Part shown: positions 13,030-25,978 of the stretch, piece after piece
How positions within the stretch are numbered: the stretch's first letter is position 1
Layout: each line of letters opens with the position of its first letter
From: Dictyostelium discoideum
Lineage: Eukaryota
DNA length: 64,000 nucleotides
Assembly (NCBI GenBank): GCA_000004695.1
Contig: CM000155.2
Location: 960,001-1,024,000, forward strand
Reading direction: 5' to 3'
Program-made: the position numbers and the translations under genes
The notes under the pieces: model-generated
The model's input: the letters and a program-made list of their open reading frames with translations, nothing else
Database searches by the model: none
What the model was told of the DNA's origin: nothing

Positions 13030-15716
13030 GTAGTAGTAGTATTGGTATTAGTATTATTAACATTATTTTCAGTAGTTTGAGTAGTTTGTGGTGTTGATAC
13101 AATAACATTTAATTTTGAAGAGGAATTAGTATGTTGAATTGGTTGATTAACTTTAAGAGTACTTGAAGAATTATTTGAAGTAACAAGTGGGTCATGTGTT
13201 ATTGGTTTTAATTCTGGTAAAACTATAGATTCACTTGATTGAGTTGGTGATATTGATCCTTTTGAAGTTGAAGTTGTTGTTGTTGAGGGTATATCTAAAT
13301 TTGTACGAGATTGCATTGGTGAATTTGAAGCTGATGATGACGATGATGAATGTTTATGTTTTTCAACTTTTGCTGGTGAAACATTTGGTGAATTTTGAAT
13401 ATATGATTTACAAAAATCTAATAATGAACTATTACCTGCATTTGATTTTGAAAGCATTGGTGGTCCTGGTGTTAATGTTGAATTTGATGTTGAATTTGAT
13501 GTTGAGGTAGATGTTGAGGTAGATGTTGAGGTAGATGTTGAGGTTGATGTTGAGGTTGATGTTGAGGTTGATGCTGAGGTTGATGTTGATGTTTCAATAA
13601 AAGAAGAAGATGGTGAAGTAGATTTTAAAGAATTTTCTTTATTATATGCAGTATGTGTGGCAATAAAAGATTTATGATTAGTTTGAGGTGGTTGAGGTGG
13701 TTGAGGTGGTTGTTGTAGAGGTTGTTGTAGAGGTTGAAGTTGAGGTTGTTGAGGTTGTTGAGGTTGAGGTTGTGATAATAAAGGTGGTGAAGGATTAACA
13801 GTATTTAATATAACAGGAGTGTTATCAATTTGAATACTTGATAAACCATTAATAATTGGCATATCAGGATTTGAATCATTAATAGAAGAAGAATTATCTT
13901 CACCCTCACTATCAGAGGAAACGTCAGCTAAACTTGCACCATCAGTAAGTGTACCAAATGGTGCTGTTGCTGTTGCTGTTGTTGCTGTAAAGGTTGATGT
14001 AGGTGTAGATAAATTATTACTACTACTAACATTATTTTCATTTGATCTTGAAGAACTAATTGATAAATAATTGTAACAAGTTTTACAAACTCTTGCATCT
14101 TTTTTATATTGATCTAAAGTCCATTTTTGTTCTGAACATTTACCACATACAACATTACCACATCTTCTACAATGATGTCTTCTTCTAATGGTTGTAAATT
14201 TAATAGTACACTCCATACATTGAATTGCTTCGCTATCAGGTATCCAAACTGGTGCTGTTGATACTGTTTCCTCTTCTTTTGGTTTTAAAATATTAATACC
14301 TAATAAATAATAAAAAAATTAAAAGTTAATAATAATAATATATTTTTAAAAATAATATGATATATTTTAATTAAAATAACTACTTCTATATTGTTTATTC
14401 ATTCTTGCAACAGAACCTTCATTACGTAATAAAAAGTTTTGAGCATCACTAAATGAATTCATCCAACTTGATTTTTCTTGTTCAGTATCTGCAATCAATG
14501 TAAATGATTTAATTGGATGAATAAGTTGAAATGAATTTTTATGTTCTAAAAAATAATGAGGTTAATAAATTTAAATAAATGAATTGATAATAAAATAATA
14601 AAAAAAAAAAAAGAAGTGTTAGGGTTGTTTTTTTTTTTTTTTTTTTTTTTTTGTGTGTCTGTTTTTAAAAAATAAAATAAAAAAACTTACTTGTATCATC
14701 TAAATTTGCAATTTTTGTATTTGATAAAGGTAAAAGACGATGAAATTTATAGATTGGATTACCAACAGCAGTATCTATACGATTACCATAAACTAAAGCA
14801 TCACTAAATAAGATGAACCAACGTTTTTTATGATCTTTTCTACAAACTTTAGTTAGAGAACCTTCACGAATAAAAGTACGTAGTGGAGCCAATAATGGTG
14901 GACATTGACCAGTGAAACGTTTTTGAATTGTTAAAATCTTTTCAGAGTTTTGTTTTTCACGAATACTCTCATTGATATGATCGGCGACCAATGCAACGTT
15001 TTCCAATGCTTTTGCCAATGTTGGATAATCACTAAATTCGACCGGTGTCAATTGAATTAAACTTTGTAATAAAAGTTTATACCTTGGAATACGTTGAATC
15101 GGTGTAACCAACAATGAATTCAAATCTAAACCAAACGAATTCTCACTGGTAACTCGTTTAAGAAACATTTGTAAATCTCTACTTTCGTCGGATTTTTGCT
15201 TCAATCTGGCCACTGCTTTATCATAGTTACCACAATACTCTGTATACACTTTCAAATAAGGTGCCATCTTTGTAAATATATCTCCTAAACGTTTATCTTG
15301 ATACCATGTCGTCATTCTATCTTGAATCGACGTCAATAACTCTGTATTCAATGATAATAAATCTTCAATATGTCCAAATATAATTTGAATTGATTTTGGT
15401 GATAATAATGGTGGGTTTATATTTCTTAATGGTTTTAAATAAAACTAAATAAAATAAAAAAATTAAAATATAAAATAAATATTTTTTTTTGACTTTTTTT
15501 TTTTTTTTTTTTATAATAATAAAATAATAATTATTTTTTTTTATACTTTACTTGTACAATGGTTTCTAAATTTCTAACATAAATTTGTTCAGTATCTAAA
15601 ATTTCTTTTGCAACTTTATCTCTATTGGTTTTATTAACCATCATAGTTTTATATCTTTTTCTACCAATCCATGCTTTTATTGTGCTACCTAATATTTCTT
15701 TATTTTTTGTGTCCAT
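12420..15716 (-). CDS. DH-PH-FYVE (FGD/frabin-like) RhoGEF with Pro-rich C-terminus; four exons, complement(join(12420..14299,14384..14545,14691..15444,15552..15716)), about 986 aa
   Basis: Exon 1 starts at ATG 15716 and carries the beginning of the DH domain (KEILDTEQIYVRNLETIVQ), then donor GTAAAG. Exon 2 follows an acceptor tttag at 15445 and carries the rest of the DH domain (LLVTPIQRIPRYKLLLQSL) plus the first half of the PH domain (KRWFILFSDALVYG), ending phase 1 at a|GTAAGT. Exon 3 carries the PH C-terminal helix (FTLIADTEQEKSSWMNSF) and ends phase 1 at a|GTAGTT. Exon 4 carries the FYVE finger (RRRHHCRRCGNVVCGKCS...CKTCY) and long PNLPPQ/PTLPQQ proline repeats. All phases are consistent (0, 1, 1). 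The track shows only fragments 15531..15716, 14665..15351 and 12420..14216. Confidence 0.8.
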
Positions 15717-17828
15717 TTTGGTTTTTTTTTTTTTTTTTACTTTTTTTTAATTTTATTAAAAGTTTAATAATTCCAATCAAACAATTAATTAAAGTAATAT
15801 CTTTTTTTTTTGTTTTTTTTTTTTTAAATTTTAATTGGACTTAAAAAATTAAAAAATTGCAAATTTATTTTTTTTTTTTTTTTTTGAAAAAGTAAAAAAA
15901 AAAAGAAATGGTGGGTGGGGGGGGGTTATATATTTGACAATTTGACGAGTTGTTTAAAAGGTTTTATTTTTTTTTTTGGTTTTAATTTTAACCTTTTTTT
16001 TTTTCTTAATTCCTTTTGGGCGGGTATATATATAAAGGGAAGAAATTTTGTTAAAAGAAGGAGGGGTATTTTTTTTTTTAATTTTTTTTTTTTTAATAAA
16101 GGGGGTTTTTTGGGAAAAAAAAAAAAAAAAAAAAAATAGTTGGGTAGAAAAAAAAAAAAATTTAAAATAAAAAAAAAAAATTTAAATTAAAAAAAAATAA
16201 AAAAAAAAAGAAAAAAAGATATTTAAATTTGGATGGGCTGTTAACGGTGTTTTTTTTTTATTAATAAAAATCATAATAAAAAAAAAAAAAACAAAAAAAA
16301 ACAAAAAAAATAAAATTTAAATAAATAATGGAAAAAGAAACATTAATTTAAAATTTTAAATCAATCATATAATCTTATCATTTTTTTTTTTTTTTATTCT
16401 ATTTAAAGAATTATTTTCAAAAAAAAAAAAAATAATAATAATAAATAAAATTTAATAAATCTCGTTATTTTTAGTTTACCAAAAACATTTTTTTTTACCA
16501 CAAATCTTTTTTATTTTTTTATTTTTTATTTTTTTTTATTTTGGAAATAAATTAACCTCTTCTCATCCATAAAAATCATTTATTATTGTTGTTTTTACAT
16601 TTATTTCCTATTTTTACATTTATTTTTATTTTTTTATTTTATTTGTATTTATTTTTTTATTTTTTATTTTAAAAAGAATTTGTAAAAAAAAAATAAAATA
16701 ATAACCCATAACGAAATATCCTTTTCAAATATTTCTTTTATTAAATTTGAGGTAAAATGTAAATAAATAAAGAATTAAGATTGATAATTACAGTTCATTA
16801 TACTTTTTTTTTTTATGAGCGGGGTCATCCTCTTTCTTCAAGACCTAAATCAAGATCTGGCAAATAATTAATTTATATCTAAAAAAAAAAAAAGATTTTA
16901 TAAATAAAAATATAAAAATGATCATGTGATCATTAATTCACTCCCACAAAGTGTCTATTTTAATATTTATTTGTATTATTTCTCTAATTACTTTGATGTA
17001 TTGTCTCTTAAAATTTCAAAGTGGGGTGAGTATCATTAATGTCATCACTAGAATTGGTACAAGTTAACCCACAATTTCAATTAATTATCATTGAGGGAGG
17101 GGTAATAAAGAAGTTAATTCATTGAATAAGAGGGGTGATTTTATTAATAATTTCAAAGAGTATTAGTATAGATTAAAATCGGGAATGATTTCATTGCGAT
17201 TTTTGTAATAATTTATTTAATTACTTAATTTATTAAATTTGTACTTCAAATATTATCAAAATTAGTAAAACAAGTTTTTAAAATGAATAAAAAATAACCA
17301 TACATTCCCCAAGTAAGTTTGATTAAAATTATGTTTATAACTTTTTAAATATCTTACCTTAACTAATTTGGTGATTTTTTTTTTTTTTTAATTTGAAAAT
17401 TCCCAAAATTGGGATTTTCAAACAAATCTTGAAATTCAAAGTAAAATTTTGTGTATTTTTGAGTTATATTTATCTGTATAAAATCCATTTTAATAAAAAA
17501 TAAAAATTTTTTTTTTTTTTTTTTCCAATTATCAGACTTAATGTAAACTGTATTAATATTAATAAATATTTTTTAATACTTTAATCTTTTTTTTTTTTTT
17601 TATTGTTTAAATTTATTTTTATCTTTTTTTTTTTATTTTTATTCTTTTTTTTTTTTTTTATTTTATTTTTTTTTTTTTAATTATTTTTTTATTTATTTAT
17701 TTTGAAAATAAAATTACCTCTTCTACATTCATAAAAAACATTTACATTTATTATTGTTATTATTATTTATTATTATTAATAATTATTATTATTATTATTA
17801 ATTTAATTTTTTTTTTTTTTTTTTTTTT

Positions 17829-19474
17829 TTAAGCAACATAAGAATAATGATCTTTTTTACCTTCAACTCTCATTAAATATTCTTTTTCAATTAAAATATC
17901 AATACATTTTTTAATGATATTAACTTTTGGATTGAAACGAGTTTGAAGTTGAGAGATTACTTCAGTCATTAAACCAGAATGAGCCAATTGTTTTCTCATT
18001 TTCATGATTCTAACGATGGCAGCTTGAATTTGAAGTTTTCTATCCTCTTCGACAGTTTTATGGATTGAATCAATTTCTTCTTTGACTTGAGTTAACACTG
18101 GAACATTGATGAAAATCTTTGTTTTTTTATTTTTAAATTGTTTATTCAAAGAGAATTTTGTGGTTTTAGCGATCTCTTCATCATCGAGAGGTGGATCAGC
18201 CAAGAGAATCTTTGATTTTGCCAAAGAGGTTAAAGTACCCTTAAGAACGGAATCAATCAATTGGGTGCTCTCTTGAATCTCTTCAGAGGTGAGAGTTTCA
18301 TATTGATTGAATTGTAAGAGTACACCAATTTGATAGGTTGAACATTGTAAAGTATAACCACTCTTACTAGTTTGTAAATATTTAGTTTTCAATTCACCCT
18401 TTGATAAATGATGTAACCAATTCAATTTACGACCAGAATGTTGATTTTGGTAAAACTTTTGAAACAATTGCTCACAGGCTTGAAGCTCCTTTGGTATTGA
18501 GAAATTGGTGGACGGTGGTTGCAATGGCCATGAGCCGGTTGCTAGCACCAATACACTGAAATCAATATTCAATGATGATCTCTCCACTTGTTCAATATGA
18601 TTATTGAAACGATCCAATAACTCTCTTGACAATGACATATCTGTAAACATTCTTTGAAGCTTTGAAGTGTACTCATAACCACAAGTTGATTTTAACTTTC
18701 CAATCATTGTACCCTCTAAATCTTCACTGGTACTAGTACCATGAATTAAACGTTTTGCCAACATCTTTGAATAGAAATCTTGAAAAACATCTTTATCCTC
18801 TATATATTTAAATACAATCATTACATCATTCAACAATTGTTCCATCTCTGACTCCTCTGGATTATTTGGTGATTTCTTTAATAAGAAATCTGTAAAACGT
18901 GCCAATAACTCTGGTGACTTTGATGATGATTTTGCTGCTATTGTAACTGCATTCTCATTTATAAATCTTCTACATGCTTTATCTAATGATGCTACAAATC
19001 CTGTATCACTTCTAAATGCTCCAGTCACTAATTCATTATATTTTTTAAATACTTTTAATAATGTTTCAATATAAACTTTTGGTTCCTTTTTAAAAAAAAT
19101 AAAAAATTAAAAAAAAATAAAATAATAAAAAAAAATATTAATATATACATTTAAAATATAAATAAATAAATAAAAAACTTACAATTACACCATTAGTTGC
19201 AATTGATGAAACTGCTTGTAAACCAACATTTTGAACATGTTTTTCTAATGTAGTTCTTAATGGTTCTAAACCTCTTGGTATTCTTGATAATAATGAATAC
19301 ATACGTGTTAAATCTGGAATTTTATCTTTTTCTAATAATGTTTGAAATTCATTCCAAATTACTTCAACATGTTTTTCAATTAATACTTTTTCACATTTTG
19401 CAATTAACTTTAAAAAAAAAAAAATAATTAGTTTTTTTTTTTTTTTTTTTTTCAAATATATATATTTATATTAA

Positions 19475-19530
<56 letters not shown>

Positions 19531-19909
19531 TAATTACTTCAGATTCTGTATTTTGATGTAAATATTGTTGAACTCTTTTAACTTCTTCATTTAATCTAGT
19601 TTCAACTTTTTTCATATAATCAGCTACACTATTTTCAGAGATGAATTTAGCAGATTCATTTGTATAATAATTTTCAGTTGCTGTTAAAAATAATTCTTCA
19701 AAACCAGATTTATATACTTGTAAAATTGTTTCCTTTGGTTTCTCTCTATTTAATCCTAAACTAACATAACCATTTATAACACCTTTAATTAAATGTGTAT
19801 TAATTTGATAACCATTTCTTTCACTTTCAATTATATCCAATAATGAATTTGTTAAACGTTGTTTTAATGGTGTAAATAAACAATCTCTCCAAATTACTAA
19901 TGATAACTA

Positions 19910-20000
<91 letters not shown>

Positions 20001-20118
20001 TAATTATTTATTAGTTTTTAAAAATAAATAAAATAAATAATTAAATTAAATTAAATTAATATAAATTTTGTAATTACAATAATAATAATTATAATAATTA
20101 AATAATAATTATTAAACT

Positions 20119-20149
<31 letters not shown>

Positions 20150-20753
20150 CTTACAATAAATATTTCATAAACTTCTTTTTTACCATCATCAATTTCTCTT
20201 TTAATCCAATATCTATTCATATATTGAAAAATGTTATTAATATATTTCATTGCAGATGTATAACGATCCCATTCTGTATAGTAATAATTTAATAATGGTT
20301 CATCCATCTTTGTTTCTGTGAGTTTTAATAATTGTGACATATGCTTTTTTAAAAATAAATTTAATCGGTTATATAAATCTTCACCAACATAATTTGCACC
20401 AGATGCTTGTTGTTTTGGCATTCCAACTTTTGCACTTGATTTTGATTGAGATGCTGCACAATAATCATAAACATGTCTTTTTATTAAAAAAAAAATAAAA
20501 AATAAAAAATAAAAAATAAAAAAATAAATAAAAAAAAATTTAGTAAAAGTAATATTTAAATATTATAATTAAAAAAAATATTTTATACATATATGTATAA
20601 AATAATGTACATACGTATATAATGCTATCCATTTTTGTTTTGGAAAACCTTTATTTAAATCTGTTATAATCTTATAAATTCCTTCCTCTAATTCAGGCCA
20701 TATATCATCAAGTTTAACACTTCTCTTGGTTGGTGTACTTGTCATCATTGACA

Positions 20754-20754
<1 letters not shown>
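17829..20754 (-). CDS. culA: Cullin-1 (Cul1 orthologue); five exons, complement(join(17829..19085,19183..19407,19538..19906,20155..20476,20615..20754)), 770 aa
   Basis: The N-terminus DDIWPELEEGIYKIITDL...WIALYT|HVYDYCAAS, LIAKCEKVLIEKH, the Rbx/neddylation region IVRIMKMRKQLAH and the C-terminal DHYSYVA all align colinearly with human CUL1 as I recall it. Donors are GTATGT, GTAAGT, GTAATT and GTAAGT. Every junction restores the alignment with human Cul1 without indels. Total CDS is 2313 nt, giving 770 aa, which is the length I recall for Dictyostelium CulA. The symbol is assigned by orthology and recall. Confidence 0.85.
19913..19995. repeat. (ATT)n trinucleotide repeat inside culA intron 2 (lower strand TAA)n
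   Basis: Direct reading; similar runs at 19477..19525 and 20761..20830. Confidence 0.85.
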
Positions 20755-20835
<81 letters not shown>

Positions 20836-21263
20836 TATTAATTATTATTATTTTTTTGAGAGGTGATTTTATTTTTTTTTTTTTTTTTATTTTGCTATTT
20901 TTTTTTTTAATTTTTTATTTTTTTTTTTTTATTTTTTTTATTTTAATTTTAATTTTAATTTTATAAAATAAAAAAACTGTTTTAAAAAAGAGTATTAGTA
21001 TAAAATTGAATAAAAATTATAAAATAAAAAAAAAGTTAAAAAAAAAAAAAAACGATTAATTAAAGGGGTTTTTCTTTTTTTCTTTTTTATTTTTTTTTCA
21101 AGTTTTATATTAAAAATATAAAAAAAAAAAGAAGATGAAATTCTTTTTAATGAGAAATTATTATAATTATATGTAAAATTAAGGTGTGTGTGAAACTATA
21201 TACAAAAAATTAAAAAAAAAAAAAAAAAATTAAAAAAAAAAAAAAAAAAAATAATATAATTGT

Positions 21264-21300
<37 letters not shown>

Positions 21301-22012
21301 AGAATTTCATTAAATTAAAAAAATTGAAAAAAAAAAAAAAAATAAAAAAAAATATTCCGGAAAATTTTTTTTTCATTTTGAAACAGTTTATTAATCATTT
21401 CACAATTACACACCTCTATCATGATTAAAAAGTTATTTTTATAAAAACTAAAAAAAAAAAATGTTTCTTACCTTTTTTTTTTATTTTTTTTTTTTTCTCT
21501 CTTTTTTTTTTTTTTTTACATATAGTTCTTTTTTTGTATTTCGTTTGTAAAAATAAATAAATAAATAAAAAATTAAAAAAATAAAAAAATAAAATAAAAA
21601 AATAAAAAATTCGTTCTATGTGTTTTTGATTGAAATTCTAATTCGGAAAATTTATATTTATTGTTTATTATTACTATTGTTATTATTATTATTATTTTTT
21701 TTTATTATTTTTATTATGATTATATATTTATTTTTATTTTTCTTATTTTTTTTGGTTATATATTTCCTAAACACTTTTTTTTTTTTTTTTTTTTACTATT
21801 TTTATTATTTTTTTTTTTTTTTTTATAAAATGGAAAAAAAGAATTATTACGAAACACACATACATACACTCCCCCTGTATGTTGTAATAATTTTATTGGT
21901 TTTTTTTTTTTTTTTTTTTTTTTTCCCAATATAAAAAAAAAAACCAATAAATTTTTTAATTATTAAAAAAAAGAATAGGTAATTTTTCAAAGGTCTATAT
22001 CAAAACCTAAAT

Positions 22013-22030
22013 GGGGGGGGGGGGGGGGGG
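22013..22030. repeat. (G)18 homopolymer in A/T-rich intergenic DNA
   Basis: Direct reading; highly atypical for this genome's composition. Confidence 0.8.
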
Positions 22031-22432
22031 TTAATATAAAAAAACATAAATTATAATATAAAAAATAAAAAAAAAAAAAATAAAACAAACGATAAATTTT
22101 TTTTAATTTTTGTATACAAATGTGTTGTAGTGGTGAATTCCACAACAATTTTGGAAATTTAACAATTATATACATTAAATTAAATCTAAAACATTGATTA
22201 ATCTATTATCTACTTAAAATGGAAATAACTTTTTTATTTTTTTTTTTTTTTATTTTTTTATTTAAATAATGTTTTTTAATTTCTACTTTTTTTTTTTTTA
22301 TTTTATTTTATTATTATTTTAGTTATTGATTTTTTTTTGATTTTTTATATTTTTATTTTTATTTATATTTGATTTGTTTAATTTTTATTTACAATTTACT
22401 ATAATTATTATTATTATTCTTTATACAAAAAT

Positions 22433-22474
<42 letters not shown>

Positions 22475-22513
22475 TAATATTATTATTATTATTATTATTA
22501 AATATTTAATTTT

Positions 22514-24910
22514 TTAAAAATTAATTTTTAAATGTGTTTGAATATATTTTGAAGTATTATATGCTTGACCAACTGGAACTGTTGGATAAATTGTTTGTTG
22601 AACTACCCATTGTTCTTCTAAATTTTCAACCATTCTATTGAATGATTCCTTATTGAATGGTTTACGATTTTCAACAGATTGCACTAATGACTTTAAAAAG
22701 AGTTGCCAACGTGGTGAATAGAAATCACTTACTAAACCACTCCATAGTTTGAAAGCGTAATCATGGAGTACAGAATTTGAAGGACCCCATAAAGTTAAGA
22801 CATTACGAGCATTGAATTCGTATGGTGCGGTATTTGAGTTACTACTATTTTGAAGGGTTGGGATATCGTTGGTTGGGTAGGCCCATAATCTAGCACGGTA
22901 TGTCCATAACCCCAATTGAAGAGAACTTTGCGTACTTGCAATTTCATCCATGTAGTTGATGATATCCAACAACTCGATTGAAATAGTTGACAATGTTTGC
23001 ACATCAGAGGCATTGAATGCTTCAATCAATAGGAAGTATTGGTCCATGAAGTAGTTACTTAAAGATTGCATTGTGAATTCTGATATGTCAAATTCGAATG
23101 TTTCCGTGGAAATTACATATTCATCATCCACCATTGAAAAGACGTTCCATGCATTGTAGAGTATATTTGGATTGTAGAATGAATTATTGCCAAATGTTAA
23201 TTGTGGTCTTAATGCAATAAAGCTTTCAGGTGCTCCCATATTTGCACGAGCAGTTGCAGCCGTGGCATTGAAAACAGTGTTGACCAAACTAATCCACACG
23301 TCGACAATCTCTGGAACCAATTTACCATATCTTCTATGAGTGTATTGTGTGACCCATTCTGTTAGATTAGGTTGCACCGATCTCCAAGACATTTCACTCA
23401 TCATATCATATACCACCACATTTTGTTCAATTGCCTCTGGTGTTAAACCAATGCCAACCATGTTTGGTGACAAGCCACGGGCTGTAATGGGGTTGCTGGA
23501 AATCCATGGTAAACGTCCATACATTCCGCTTCTGCCACCGAAATTATGTAGCATACACCAAACCCAATAATGACCGTAGTAGTAGTTTGTAGTTGTCCAA
23601 CCTGGTATTACATCAGACCAAAGATCCAATACTAACACACCACCAATTGGTACACCAGAGAACCATGCTTCTGTTTGTTTTGCTTGCCAGAATTCTGGAG
23701 CATCAACAATGAACCAGCCTTGTAATACCCAAACTGCTTTTGGATCGGCTAATAACACATTTTCATACATTGATTGCGAAGTTTGTCTTAAATAATCTGT
23801 ATCATTTGATGGTGGCTCCAATTCATTGAATGGGTCGAAATTGTAGAAATGGTCAGTTCCAAATACATCAATCAACTCTCCGATGAACATGGTGGTGATT
23901 TTGGCGAATAGAGGGTCTGTTGACTCCAAGTAGAATGTACCATTGAAATTACACCATGTTGATAAAACACTAATGTTTGCTTGTGGGAAGAGTTGCTGAA
24001 TTGCGCCTGGTATATGACCGGCGAATCCTGGCAACACCGGTTTCATACCATACTGTCTCATACGCTCCAATATTTTAATTTGTAAATCCCTTTGTTTCTC
24101 TAACCAATCCAATGTAATTGGCCCACCCCAGCCATTTACATTACCCATTCTATTCCATGGTAAAAATGCTGGACCTGTTAACCAGGTGCTTATTTGGTCA
24201 AAGCTTAAACCGAGCTCACTGAAAACACGATACCAGATATACTCCTGGCCAACGAATGCTAATGGTAGATTATAGCCGTTCAAAGCCATCCAGTCGATCT
24301 CACGCTCCCATCTACTCCAATTCCACCATGTGGTACTGTACCCAAATGTGCACACATTCATGTAATATCTATAGGCTGATATCACTGGTATCGATACACT
24401 ACCCTCTGTTACCGCTGGTAATTGGCTATAACTTGTGATTGAACATTGGTCACCGGACCATGTGTAACTACAGAAGCAATAATACTTTAAATAATATTGT
24501 AAACCCATGGCTAAATTCACACCGGAATCTGCCCTAATCGTTACAAATGTTATATTTTTTGAGGAATCTTCATTTTCAACTGATTCCGTTGAAATTTCAT
24601 AATATTCACCAGTCATCCATTCGGATTCTTCAATCTTTAATTTAAAGAATAATGTCATTTCAAAATTAAATAATCTTTCAATTAGCCCATAAACTGTTGA
24701 AATTTGTTTATTACCATCTTTATAATCTCTTTCCATATGTAAATCTAATAAAACATTATTAAATCTTTGATCTTCAATATTATTTAAAATTTCATTACCA
24801 TTATCATTAAAATTAATTTGATTATTAAATTGAATTGATTTTGAAAAATTTATTACTAAAAATGTTAAAAATATTAAAAATCCAAATTTGGATTTATTAA
24901 TTTTTAACAT
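22514..24910 (-). CDS. Alpha-N-acetylglucosaminidase (NAGLU, glycoside hydrolase family 89), single exon, 798 aa, N-terminal signal peptide
   Basis: Signal-like MLKINKSKFGFLIFLTFLVINFS. Characteristic GH89 TIM-barrel and C-terminal segments are present: WWNWSRWEREIDWMALNGYNLPLAF, LPGFAGHIPG, WFSGVPIGGVLVLDLWSD, LWSGLVSDFYSPRW. Confidence 0.85.
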   Translation of the reverse strand: MLKINKSKFGFLIFLTFLVINFSKSIQFNNQINFNDNGNEILNNIEDQRFNNVLLDLHMERDYKDGNKQISTVYGLIERLFNFEMTLFFKLKIEESEWMTGEYYEISTESVENEDSSKNITFVTIRADSGVNLAMGLQYYLKYYCFCSYTWSGDQCSITSYSQLPAVTEGSVSIPVISAYRYYMNVCTFGYSTTWWNWSRWEREIDWMALNGYNLPLAFVGQEYIWYRVFSELGLSFDQISTWLTGPAFLPWNRMGNVNGWGGPITLDWLEKQRDLQIKILERMRQYGMKPVLPGFAGHIPGAIQQLFPQANISVLSTWCNFNGTFYLESTDPLFAKITTMFIGELIDVFGTDHFYNFDPFNELEPPSNDTDYLRQTSQSMYENVLLADPKAVWVLQGWFIVDAPEFWQAKQTEAWFSGVPIGGVLVLDLWSDVIPGWTTTNYYYGHYWVWCMLHNFGGRSGMYGRLPWISSNPITARGLSPNMVGIGLTPEAIEQNVVVYDMMSEMSWRSVQPNLTEWVTQYTHRRYGKLVPEIVDVWISLVNTVFNATAATARANMGAPESFIALRPQLTFGNNSFYNPNILYNAWNVFSMVDDEYVISTETFEFDISEFTMQSLSNYFMDQYFLLIEAFNASDVQTLSTISIELLDIINYMDEIASTQSSLQLGLWTYRARLWAYPTNDIPTLQNSSNSNTAPYEFNARNVLTLWGPSNSVLHDYAFKLWSGLVSDFYSPRWQLFLKSLVQSVENRKPFNKESFNRMVENLEEQWVVQQTIYPTVPVGQAYNTSKYIQTHLKINF

Positions 24911-25940
24911 TTTCTATTTTTTTTTTTAATTGTTTATTATTGTTTTTTTTTTTTTTTAAAATGGGAAATTTCAAAAAAAAAAATGTGTGAATTGTTTTTT
25001 TTTTTTTTTTATGATTTGTTTTTTTTTATTTTTTATGAATAAAAATTTAAAATTTAAAAAAATAATCTGAATAAAAAAATAAAATTTATTTGTGAATTAT
25101 ATAATTTGTTAAAAAAAAAAAAAAAAGGAAAAAAAAAAAGTTATTTTTAAATTAAAATTAAAAAAAATTATTCATAAAAAAAAATAAAAAAATAAAATTA
25201 ATTAAAAAAAAAAAAAAAATAAAAAAAAAAAATAAAAAAAAAAAAACTTATTTTTTTTATTTTTTTTTTATTGGTTAATTAAAAAAAACACACACACACA
25301 CTTTATCATTAATTGAAAAAAAAAAGGTAAAAAAAAAAAAAAGTTATTTTTGTTGAAAATTGTGGGCTTTCTTAGTGTTAAAACAAATAAAACATCCAAT
25401 TTACAAACTTTTTTCCTGCCAATTTTTTTTTTTTTTTTTATTCCCATTTTTTTGCAACCATCTCAAAAAAAAAAAATTTTAATCTCATTTGTTTATATAT
25501 TAATACCACCTTACTTTTTTTTTTTTTTTTTTTAGGAACTTTTCAAATGTTTTAAATCTCAATCACTAATTCCTTTAATTAATCCTTTTTAATTTTTTTT
25601 TTTTTGGTAATTTTTTTTTTTTTTTTTTTTTCTAGATTTGATTAAATTAAAAGTATTGATTGTTTGAAATTATGAAATGAGTTGAATTTAGATAATTAAT
25701 TTGTTAATAAAATAAATTTATTAACAAAAAAAAAAAAAAAAAAAAAATGAAAAAAATGATAAAAATAAAAAAAATAAAAAAATAAAAGCTAAACTGAACT
25801 TTAAATTCTTTAAAAATAAAAGAAAAAAAAAAATGAAAAAATAAAAAAAAAAAAAAAAAAAATCATTTTTAATCATTTTACCTTAATTAATAAATAACAT
25901 TAAACGAATGTGCGTGGATTTCATTGCAATTTTGTCGAGA

Positions 25941-25978
<38 letters not shown>

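Noticed and set aside
14217-14383. Possible coding continuation between FYVE exon and PH exon of the FGD-like gene
   Set aside because: The segment 14300..14383 has in-frame stops and A/T composition. A GTAGTT donor and ttattag acceptor with matching phase make it an 84-nt intron.
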